A program made the translations under genes and the position numbers. A stretch of 64,000 nt of DNA from an uncultured Candidatus Bathyarchaeia archaeon (GTDB taxonomy: Archaea > Thermoproteota > Bathyarchaeia > Bathyarchaeales > Bathycorpusculaceae), in assembly GCA_964619695.1 (NCBI GenBank), contig CAZUFK010000001.1, positions 20,587 through 84,586 of the forward strand, given 5' to 3'. Shown here in pieces: positions 38,687 through 46,804 of this stretch. How positions within the stretch are numbered: position 1 is the stretch's first letter; the number at the start of each line of letters is the position of its first letter. Below the pieces are notes generated by a model, which was not told the DNA's origin, ran no database searches, and was given only the letters and a program-made list of their open reading frames with translations.

Positions 38687-40615
38687 ATGCTGATACAGGA
38701 GGTCATCCTAGAAAACTTCATGAGCTACGAGTATGCTAGGGTGCCCTTTAAATCAGGCGTGAACGTCATCTGCGGGCCCAACGGCTCAGGCAAATCCTCA
38801 CTCTTATTGGCTGCTTCCGTGGCACTTGGCCAGACCTACACGGAGCGCTCCAAAAAGCTCAGCGACCTCATCCGCTGGGGCAAAGAACAAGCCCGCGTAA
38901 CGCTGATCCTAAACAACGCCAAAAGAGGCAACAACCGCCCCGTCCCAAAATACAACAAAGACCAAATCTTCCTAACACGCGCCATGCGAAAAGACGGTCA
39001 GTACTGGTTCGAGCTGGAAAACCGCGCCGTAACAAAGCAGGACGTGGAAAGGCTTCTGGGCAAGCTTGGCGTTGATCCCGATAACATTCTCATTATCATG
39101 CATCAGAACATGGTGGAGCGGTTCACGGTGCTTTCGGTGCAGGAGAAGCTGCGCATCGTAGAAGCCGCAGTAGGCCTCGAACCTTACCGCGAAAACGTGC
39201 TCCAGGCACAGAGGAAGCTGACGCGCCTACTCAGCCAAGAAGACTCGATAGGCAAGTTGCTTGAACAGGCGGAGCAGACGCTCAACTACTGGCGAGAACA
39301 GTATGACAAGTATCAGGAAAAGAAACAGCTCCAAGTCAAACGGAGGTTTCTGGAGCGCGAGCTCGCGTGGGCTGAAGTCGTGCGCAGGGAAGGCATAGTC
39401 ATGGAAATAGAGGCCAATCTCAAGAAGCAGCACGACATCCTAGCCCAAATCGAGGAGGAAAACAACGACGCAAAAGGCGAACTCGAGGCCTACCAGAACG
39501 GGCTTGCCAAGCTCAGGGACGAAACGAAAACGCTTTTCGAACAGCGCCTCAGCCTCGAACGAGAAAAAACCCGAAACGAATCAACCGTCCCCATCTACCA
39601 GCAACTCCTCAAAGAAACAAACTACATAGAACTCGAAACCGAGAAAGGCAGCCCGCAAACTCACTTCAAGCTACTGAGAACTGAAAACCTCAAGGAACTC
39701 ATACAGGACGCCAACCAGCAAATCTCCAAAATAGACCCCGAAATAGACGCCAACCAGAAGCAACTCGGGCACTTGGAAGAGTCAAGCGAAAAAGTAAGCG
39801 ACCAAGTCCTCCAAAGCCGCATCAAACTCGCACTACTACAGTACAGGAGAGAAAACGCCACAACCGACATGGAAAGGCTCGAAAAAGAACTGAAAACCGT
39901 ACGTACACACGCCAACGAGGCCACGGCCAAGGCCGAGGAAAGCGGAACCCGCATCGCCGTAGTAAAGAGCATAGGCGAAATCTTCGACGAAATGCGCACC
40001 ACCGAAGGCCATTTGGCGGCGCTGGCGGACGTATCAGAAGACATAGAACGCATGTACGAATCCTACTCAAAACTGTACCTAGAGCTGAAGGAAAAAGCCA
40101 AACTCGTGGCCGAAAACCGAGAGAAGACATTGGAAGAGGTTAAGACGCGGATGCAGGCGTGGCGCGAAGTCATCACGAGCCTGCTCACACGCGTGAGCTT
40201 AGAGTATCAGGCCATCCTCGCCGAAGCGCAGGCGCTCGGCGAAGTCAGACTCGCCAACGAGCACGATATAGAAGACGCGGGCCTCGAAATCCTCGTAGGT
40301 TTCAAAGGCGGCAAACCCGTCCCGCTTGACGCGTACACACAGAGCGGAGGCGAACGCACCACGGCAACTATGAGCTTCCTACTGGCCCTGCAAAAACACG
40401 TGCGCTCACCATTCCGCGCAGTAGACGAATACGACATACACATGGATCCGAAAAACCGCGAAGTCATAGCCAAAATGCTCATCTCCACCGTCAAAGACTC
40501 AAACGCACAGTACATCGTGATCACGCCCAGCCAGATAACGTTCGCCAAAGACGAAGTCAACATAATAACCGTCCAGAACATCGACGGCAAATCCATCATC
40601 AGGGAGGTCGCCTAA
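38687..40615 (+). CDS. SMC-superfamily ATPase, short-arm form (about 640 aa, no hinge)
   Basis: Head N-lobe: ..LENFMSYEYARVPFKSGVNVICGPNGSGKSSLL.. (Walker A) and ..LSVQEKLRIVEAAVGLEPYRE.. Head C-lobe: ..QSGGERTTATMSFLLALQ.. (signature) and ..FRAVDEYDIHMD.. (Walker B/D-loop). The central ~350 aa are coiled-coil-like with no hinge motif. Confidence 0.8.
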   Translation: MLIQEVILENFMSYEYARVPFKSGVNVICGPNGSGKSSLLLAASVALGQTYTERSKKLSDLIRWGKEQARVTLILNNAKRGNNRPVPKYNKDQIFLTRAMRKDGQYWFELENRAVTKQDVERLLGKLGVDPDNILIIMHQNMVERFTVLSVQEKLRIVEAAVGLEPYRENVLQAQRKLTRLLSQEDSIGKLLEQAEQTLNYWREQYDKYQEKKQLQVKRRFLERELAWAEVVRREGIVMEIEANLKKQHDILAQIEEENNDAKGELEAYQNGLAKLRDETKTLFEQRLSLEREKTRNESTVPIYQQLLKETNYIELETEKGSPQTHFKLLRTENLKELIQDANQQISKIDPEIDANQKQLGHLEESSEKVSDQVLQSRIKLALLQYRRENATTDMERLEKELKTVRTHANEATAKAEESGTRIAVVKSIGEIFDEMRTTEGHLAALADVSEDIERMYESYSKLYLELKEKAKLVAENREKTLEEVKTRMQAWREVITSLLTRVSLEYQAILAEAQALGEVRLANEHDIEDAGLEILVGFKGGKPVPLDAYTQSGGERTTATMSFLLALQKHVRSPFRAVDEYDIHMDPKNREVIAKMLISTVKDSNAQYIVITPSQITFAKDEVNIITVQNIDGKSIIREVA

Positions 40616-40716
40616 CGCAGTCCAAACGCGAACGCGAAAAACAGGGCAGAGAAAAGCTCGCTCGCATAATTGACACGTGTAGGACGGTTGAGGAGCGTTC
40701 GCTCGACCCGTTCCTG

Positions 40717-41442
40717 GTGGATGTGGACGAAAGCATCAATACGGCCAAGGAGTACTTGCCAGAATGGAAGATCCCTGAAGACCTGTGTCTGGATGCGGAA
40801 ACCATACACCACATCGCCTCCGTCGTCAAGCTGCAGAGCGAATGGGTCAAACACAGGTCAACATCGCTCTACACCGACCCGTTTCTGCTGCAGGAAAAGA
40901 TCATGCGCCTCGACAAGCACCGCCTCGTGGCAACCTTCGTGCAAGCCTGGCGCCCCATCGTCGAATTCGAGCAAATCTCAATCCACAGCATCATGCAATC
41001 ACTACAGTACTGGATCAACCTGCCACCGCTCAGCGAACGCTGGAAGCAGGAACCACCCCTCGAAGTGCAGGTAGGCCAAGCCAGCCGCGAAGAACTCGTC
41101 CAACAACGCATACTCCGCGAACAAATGTTCAGCGAAGAACTCGCAGGCTACTGGGAGCAGCTCAAGACCAGAGTGGCTGAGAAGGGCACTAAGGGCAAGA
41201 TCAGCTACTGGGGCTTCGTGGGCGCCGACACTTATGATGAGACGGTGGACCGCGCCTTCATGACCGCCTTCCTAGTCACCTACGGCTACGCCACGCTGGA
41301 AATCCACCCGCTTGAAGAAGAAATGTTCATCAAGCCAAACGAGAAGCCTGAAACCAAGATCAGCAACAAGCAGCTCGTCAGCGTGCCCATACCCATACCC
41401 GTTGAAGACTGGCAGAAATGGAAAAGAGGAGAGTTAAAGTGA
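40717..41442 (+). CDS. ScpA-like kleisin (SMC partner), putative
   Basis: C-terminal ..RAFMTAFLVTYGYATLEIHPLEEEMFIKP.. resembles the ScpA winged-helix pattern. GTG start at 40717 is uncertain, since the frame stays open upstream to the SMC-like stop. Confidence 0.5.
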   Translation: MDVDESINTAKEYLPEWKIPEDLCLDAETIHHIASVVKLQSEWVKHRSTSLYTDPFLLQEKIMRLDKHRLVATFVQAWRPIVEFEQISIHSIMQSLQYWINLPPLSERWKQEPPLEVQVGQASREELVQQRILREQMFSEELAGYWEQLKTRVAEKGTKGKISYWGFVGADTYDETVDRAFMTAFLVTYGYATLEIHPLEEEMFIKPNEKPETKISNKQLVSVPIPIPVEDWQKWKRGELK

Positions 41443-41999
41443 GCAAACGCAAGGCCACATACGCCTCCAAAGTCAAGAGAGCCACACACATGCTCTTCTA
41501 CAAACGCCACACGAAACCAGGCGTAAAAGGCTGGGAACTCCGCAAGGCGCTAGGCTCGGATTACCCTAAAGTGCTGAAAGTGCTGGACGATTACCTGAAG
41601 GAACTGGACCTGAAGGTGCAGACTGTCTTCGAGAATGAGAAGCCTGTTGAGAAGCCTAGTCTCGAACAGCTGGACAAGGCACGGTTCCTCATAACCCTCA
41701 GAGGCGAACTCACGCCCAAAGAAGCAAAAATGGTCGGCTGGCGCATAGACGACCTTGCAGGCCTCGCCATAGCCATCTCACATATAATATCCAACAAAGG
41801 CAAGGCACCACGAAAGGAAGTCGAAGACTTACTCCGCGAAAAGCTCCCAAACTGGAAAGTAGGCCTCAACATCGACCGCTACATACGCTACGGATACCTA
41901 ACACAAGACGAAAGCGAACAACTATACCTAGACTGGCGAACACGCGCCGAAGTAGACCAAAAAGCCCTAATAGACCTGTTGCTAAGAACCGAAGCATAG
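41439..41999 (+). CDS. ScpB-like tandem winged-helix (kite) protein, putative
   Basis: Two wHTH-like units (..KGWELRKALGSDYPKVLKVLDDYLKELDLKV.. and ..KEVEDLLREKLPNWKVGLNIDRYIRYGYL..). GTG start overlaps the upstream TGA stop (GTGA) and is preceded by GGAGAG. Confidence 0.5.
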   Translation: MSKRKATYASKVKRATHMLFYKRHTKPGVKGWELRKALGSDYPKVLKVLDDYLKELDLKVQTVFENEKPVEKPSLEQLDKARFLITLRGELTPKEAKMVGWRIDDLAGLAIAISHIISNKGKAPRKEVEDLLREKLPNWKVGLNIDRYIRYGYLTQDESEQLYLDWRTRAEVDQKALIDLLLRTEA

Positions 42000-42011
42000 A
42001 TCTCAGAGAGC

Positions 42012-42206
42012 CTACTTTCTCACTTTGTGATAAGCAAAGGCAATCATGTCGATGATCAAGATTACGACAAGAATGAGCAGAGGGCTTCCGACGAACTGCT
42101 CTGCAGCTGATCCGTCTGCGGCATGAACCGTGCCAACAACTGTTGAAAGGAGAAACGTCAGACACAGGGTCAGAGCCGTTCGTTTTCCCATAAACAAACG
42201 CACCAT
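42012..42206 (-). CDS. Small hypothetical membrane protein (64 aa)
   Basis: Two hydrophobic helices; 7 nt downstream of nusA. Confidence 0.3.
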   Translation of the reverse strand: MVRLFMGKRTALTLCLTFLLSTVVGTVHAADGSAAEQFVGSPLLILVVILIIDMIAFAYHKVRK

Positions 42207-42212
42207 CTGAGG

Positions 42213-42650
42213 TCACGTTATGCTGACGTTCTGTATATCAAAGTATCTTTTTGCTAAGAAGCGCAGACGTTCCGCGTTTCTGCCGTTCTTGCCAATGGCA
42301 ACGCCCTTGTCCTTCGGGTTGACGGCCACGACTGCGATTGATTTGCCGTCTGGCTTTTCGGTTATGCGAACCTCTTTCACAAGTGCTGGTTTCAGGGCGT
42401 TCTTGATGAATTGGGCTGGGTCTTCTGAATATTCGATGATTTCCTGTTTTTTGCCTGTCATTCTTTCGAGTTGGTGGATGTTTCTTCCGCCTCGGCCTAT
42501 GGCCACGCCTACCTGTCCCTCACTCACAACGAACAATACCCGTCCTTGTTCTTCGTCGATTATGCAGTCTTTCACGTTTGCGCTTGTTATGCTTTCAAAC
42601 AAGGCGATAAAACGCATTTCGTTGCTGGTGATCTTTATTCCAGTTGTCAT
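42213..42650 (-). CDS. nusA: Archaeal NusA-like transcription termination factor (two KH domains)
   Basis: Two KH GxxG motifs (..IGRGGRNI.., ..IGKNGRNA..); 4-nt overlap with rpl30e. Confidence 0.85.
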   Translation of the reverse strand: MTTGIKITSNEMRFIALFESITSANVKDCIIDEEQGRVLFVVSEGQVGVAIGRGGRNIHQLERMTGKKQEIIEYSEDPAQFIKNALKPALVKEVRITEKPDGKSIAVVAVNPKDKGVAIGKNGRNAERLRFLAKRYFDIQNVSIT

Positions 42651-42982
42651 TCGTTTCCTTCCGTGGGCTCTTCTGGCTCTGCAGGTTCCGTCAATTTGAG
42701 AATCTCAGAGTCTCCTGCCTCTCTTATACTTAACGCTGAGACCGCAAAAGGTTTGCCACAGACTCCCCCGAGATCTATCGACGAGTCCCTGTACACTATC
42801 AATGGAACGTTCGACAGTTTGCAGTAGTATTCGATGTCTGCACTTACGTTTTTCGGACAGTTCGAGGCTACAACTATCAGCTTGGCCTTACCTGACTGGG
42901 CATTCTGTATTGCAGAGTTAGCCCCGAACGAGACTTTTCCCGTTTTGACCGCGGCGGCGATTGCCTTGTCTATGTCTATCAC
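42647..42982 (-). CDS. rpl30e: 50S ribosomal protein L30e
   Basis: ..KLIVVASNCPKNVSADIEYYCKLSNVPLIVY.. is the L30e/L7Ae fold; classic position between rpoA and nusA. Confidence 0.85.
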   Translation of the reverse strand: MIDIDKAIAAAVKTGKVSFGANSAIQNAQSGKAKLIVVASNCPKNVSADIEYYCKLSNVPLIVYRDSSIDLGGVCGKPFAVSALSIREAGDSEILKLTEPAEPEEPTEGNE

Positions 42983-45900
42983 TTGCTTTCACCCTTCTTC
43001 AGTTCGAACGTGCTCATGTATAACTCCACGAGTCCTGTGCCTATTGGAATAGATTGCCCTACTATTACGTTTTCGGTCACGCCCCCCAGCGGGTCGCTTT
43101 CGCCCTTGACTGCAGCCTCAACAATGTTCGGCACTGTGATCTCAAAGGCAGCTCTCGCAAGGACACTTGACTTCTGGCCACTGATGCCGTGCCTGCCTAT
43201 CTGCTGGACCTCGCCCGTGGACGTCATCATGTCAGCCACAAGCATTACATGGCGAACATCAACATCCAAGCCCTGCTCTTCTAGAACGCTTTTCGCCTCA
43301 TGTGTCAACGCGTTCCTTGCAGCTTCGATGCCGATGGTTTTGGCAATTTCGTGAACGTTGTTGGTGGTGGTTCTAGTGGTGTCGACGCCTATTATCTCAA
43401 GGACCTTGGGAAGGTTTGAACCGTCGGTTCTTATCACCCATTCGCCGTGCTCCTCGGTGACCAGCACTCGTTTCAGACCTGGGACTCCTTTAACGTGGAC
43501 GGCTGAGACCTTGTCCAGCAGCTTCTTCAGCGCCTCAACCTTTTTCGGCCTTATGTGAATGTTGTTGGTCTTCACCTTAATCGTGGCATTCTGTATCTCC
43601 AACGCGGTCTTCAGCTCCGCCATGGTTACTTCGCGGTCTTCCATCATTGTCTTGTCAAGCTCAATCACTATTTCCTCATGCATTGGATCCTTGTATATTG
43701 CCTTGGCCACATCCTCTATCGACGTGAAAACTATCCGACGGGCAATCTTCACGGCGGCTTCCCTGCTCTTCCTATGCTCATCAGCCAAGTAGATGGTCAT
43801 AATGGGAGTAGATGGAATGCGCCTTGCGTCAACGATTTCGATCAGCCGCGGCAGGCCTAGGGTGACGTTTTGTTCTCTGACACCTGCGTAGTGGAAGGTT
43901 CTGAGCGTCATCTGCGTGCCTGGTTCGCCTATCGACTGAGCCGCTACGATGCCAACAGCCTCTCCGGGCTCCATCAATGCATGCTTGTAATGTTCAACTG
44001 TCAGCTTGATGGCCTTGTCCACGCCGTCTGTGCTCAGTTTTGACTTGGCTGAATTCTGCTTCAGCTCGCCCACGAGGATGGGGGTAAGCTGGTTCTCGAC
44101 TTCTTCCAGCTGTTTCTTGACGTACTCGACCGTGGCTGGCTTGCCTTTTTCAGTGGCTATTCTTATTTGGTCGACAAGTCTGCTCACGTTCACAGCCTTT
44201 CCGTGGTCACTCTTGGCAGGGTCAACGCCGTCTTCGCCGTACTTGAATTGGATGATGTCGCCTGCCGAGTTTCTGACCGTGCTATCATATTCTAGGCGCA
44301 AGTGTTCAAGGGCGTTAATCAGCCGTCTCTGCATGTAGCCGCTCTGTTGGGTTCGGACGGCTGTGTCCACGAGGCCTTCTCTGCCTCCCATAGCGTGGAA
44401 GAAGAACTCGATAACGTCAAGCCCCGTCTGGTAGGATGAGTACACGAAGCCTCTTGCCTTCGGGCTTGGGTCGCCAGCCTTGAAATGTGGCAACGCACGC
44501 CCAACGTAGCCTCGCAGGATCCGTTTTCCGCGCACAGCCTGCTGGCCTACGCAGGCGCTGATTTGGCCGATGTTTAGGCTTGAGCCTCTGGCGCCTGTCC
44601 GAGTCATAACGATGCCCGAATTGTCCAGAGTAAAGTCTTGATCAGCTATCTTGCCAGACCGGTCTCGGGCGTTGGCAAGCTCGTTCATGACGTATATTTC
44701 AAACGAGTCTTCAAGCGTCTGTCCCGGAAGCCTTGGCAGTGTTCCCTTACGATAGCTTTCGATCAGGCCTTCTATCTTGTTTTCGATCTCTTCCATGGTC
44801 TTCTTGATCTTGTCTTCAGCCTTCGGCGAGAGAACCAGCTCGTCATACGAGTATGTGAAGCCACGCACTGATATGAACAGCTTTAGCATTCTGGTTATTC
44901 GGTTGAGGAATTCGCGCCCTGCCTGGGTTCCGTAGTCCTTGATTATTCTGTGCAGAAGACTCTCGGACTGTTCGGCTCCTATCGAGCGTCTGTCTATGAC
45001 ACCGCTCACGAGCTGTCCGTTCTTCACAACCACATAGGCGTCGAACGGACACTTCTCTTCCAGACACTTGGAACAGCCTTGGCAAATGCTCGCCTTCAAA
45101 ACATAATTCAGATCTTTCGGCAGGAAAAGACTGAAAATCTGCTTGCCGCTCCAAAGCGGTTGCGGCGACTTGATCTTAGGCTCCGGCAGAGGCCCTTCAT
45201 ACTTCGATCCCAGTAACAGCCTGTTGACTTCATTTCGCGTCAGATAGCTTGATTGTCTCGTAAACAGGTACGCGGAGGTTATGAAATCCCGGATCGCACC
45301 TATTATAGGCCCACCGAATCTGGGCGAAAGTATCTGATCCTGAACCTGCATCAGCAGCAGCGCTTCAGTTCGCGCCTCCTCGCTTTGAGGCACGTGAAGG
45401 TTCATTTCGTCGCCGTCAAAGTCTGCGTTGTATGGCGGGCAAACGCACAGGTGCAGGCGGAACGTTTTGTATGGCAAGACGCGAACGTAGTGGGCCATTA
45501 TTGACATGCGGTGAAGCGAAGGCTGGCGGTTGAAGATGGCTATGTCGCCGTTCCTCAGGTGCCTTTCCACAATGAAGCCGGGCTCCACAGCCTCAGCGAT
45601 CTTTTCCCGGTCGATGACGAATTCGAGCCTTATGCGCTTGCCATCTGGCCTGATAATGTAAAGCGTGCCAGGATACTTCTCTGGCCCGTTCACGACGAGT
45701 CTTCGCATCTCTTCGATGTTCCACTCTGTCACTTTTTCAGGCACGGACAACCGCATGGCTATCTCTGCCGGAACGCCGACCTCGTTTATGTCGAGGTTCG
45801 GGTCTGGAGACACGACGGTACGGGCTGAGAAGTCAACGCGTTTTCCTGAGAGGTTGCTTCTGAATCGGCCTTCCTTTCCTTTCAATCGTTGAGACAGCGT

Positions 45901-46803
45901 CTTCAGTGCTCTTCCTGAGCGATGCCTGGCCGGAGGTATTCCTGATGCTTCATTGTTGAAGTAAGTCGTCACGTGGTACTGCAGAAGCTCGGAGAGGTCC
46001 TGAATGATGAGTGTAGGCGCGCCTGCATCCATGTTCTCTTTCAGTCTCTGGTTGATGCGGATTATGTCCACAAGTTTGTGGGTCAGATCGTCTTCTGAAC
46101 GAATGCCTGATTCCAGCGTGATTGAGGGTCGAACGTAAACTGGCGGGACAGGCAGCACTTGGAGAACCATCCACTCCGGACGTGCCGTCTTTGGGTTGAA
46201 CCCCAGAATCTGGAGGTCCTCATCGGATATGCGTTCCATCCTTTCTCTGATCATGCTAGGCGTCAGTGGTTCTGAGCCACTTTCAGGGATCTGTTCGCTG
46301 AATTTCGTTGGCTTCTCGAAAGTTGTCTTGTACTGCACGGCGCCGCAGTGAGGACACTGCTTTGTCTTCGTCTCTTGAACGATCTCCTTGTATATCTCGT
46401 CTGGAACCATGCCTAAGAGTTCGCGAGTCCTGTCGATCCTCGTCTGAACGCGTTTGATGGCCTCGTCCGCGAGCAATATTCGACCGCAATTTCGGCAGTT
46501 GGTTCGCAGAAGGTCATGGATTATCTTTGTGAATTCAATATGCACGATAGGGACGGCGAGTTCAATGTGGCCGAAATGGCCGGGACATCGTATAGCGGTG
46601 TTGCCGCAGGTCTTGCATCTTTGCCTAGGCTCGAGGGTTCCAAGCCTGCCGTCCATGAGTCCAGCAGTGATTGGGGCACCATCCTCGTCGTAGGTGTCTG
46701 GCGTCTGTATCTCAACCACTGATAGCCTGCGTATGTCTTGAGGCGAGAAAAGACCGAAGTAGACGCCGTCAACAATTTTATGTATTGTCTCTTCAACTGT
46801 CAT
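42979..46803 (-). CDS. rpoA: DNA-directed RNA polymerase subunit A as a single fused A'+A'' polypeptide (1274 aa)
   Basis: N-terminus has the A' zinc motif (..CKTCGNTAIRCPGHFGHIEL..) and catalytic ..NADFDGDEMNLH.. The same ORF continues without a stop into A''-type sequence (..GEAVGIVAAQSIGEPGTQMTLRTFHYAG.. to ..ENVIVGQSIPIGTG..). Confidence 0.9.
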   Translation of the reverse strand: MTVEETIHKIVDGVYFGLFSPQDIRRLSVVEIQTPDTYDEDGAPITAGLMDGRLGTLEPRQRCKTCGNTAIRCPGHFGHIELAVPIVHIEFTKIIHDLLRTNCRNCGRILLADEAIKRVQTRIDRTRELLGMVPDEIYKEIVQETKTKQCPHCGAVQYKTTFEKPTKFSEQIPESGSEPLTPSMIRERMERISDEDLQILGFNPKTARPEWMVLQVLPVPPVYVRPSITLESGIRSEDDLTHKLVDIIRINQRLKENMDAGAPTLIIQDLSELLQYHVTTYFNNEASGIPPARHRSGRALKTLSQRLKGKEGRFRSNLSGKRVDFSARTVVSPDPNLDINEVGVPAEIAMRLSVPEKVTEWNIEEMRRLVVNGPEKYPGTLYIIRPDGKRIRLEFVIDREKIAEAVEPGFIVERHLRNGDIAIFNRQPSLHRMSIMAHYVRVLPYKTFRLHLCVCPPYNADFDGDEMNLHVPQSEEARTEALLLMQVQDQILSPRFGGPIIGAIRDFITSAYLFTRQSSYLTRNEVNRLLLGSKYEGPLPEPKIKSPQPLWSGKQIFSLFLPKDLNYVLKASICQGCSKCLEEKCPFDAYVVVKNGQLVSGVIDRRSIGAEQSESLLHRIIKDYGTQAGREFLNRITRMLKLFISVRGFTYSYDELVLSPKAEDKIKKTMEEIENKIEGLIESYRKGTLPRLPGQTLEDSFEIYVMNELANARDRSGKIADQDFTLDNSGIVMTRTGARGSSLNIGQISACVGQQAVRGKRILRGYVGRALPHFKAGDPSPKARGFVYSSYQTGLDVIEFFFHAMGGREGLVDTAVRTQQSGYMQRRLINALEHLRLEYDSTVRNSAGDIIQFKYGEDGVDPAKSDHGKAVNVSRLVDQIRIATEKGKPATVEYVKKQLEEVENQLTPILVGELKQNSAKSKLSTDGVDKAIKLTVEHYKHALMEPGEAVGIVAAQSIGEPGTQMTLRTFHYAGVREQNVTLGLPRLIEIVDARRIPSTPIMTIYLADEHRKSREAAVKIARRIVFTSIEDVAKAIYKDPMHEEIVIELDKTMMEDREVTMAELKTALEIQNATIKVKTNNIHIRPKKVEALKKLLDKVSAVHVKGVPGLKRVLVTEEHGEWVIRTDGSNLPKVLEIIGVDTTRTTTNNVHEIAKTIGIEAARNALTHEAKSVLEEQGLDVDVRHVMLVADMMTSTGEVQQIGRHGISGQKSSVLARAAFEITVPNIVEAAVKGESDPLGGVTENVIVGQSIPIGTGLVELYMSTFELKKGESK

Positions 46804-46804
46804 G

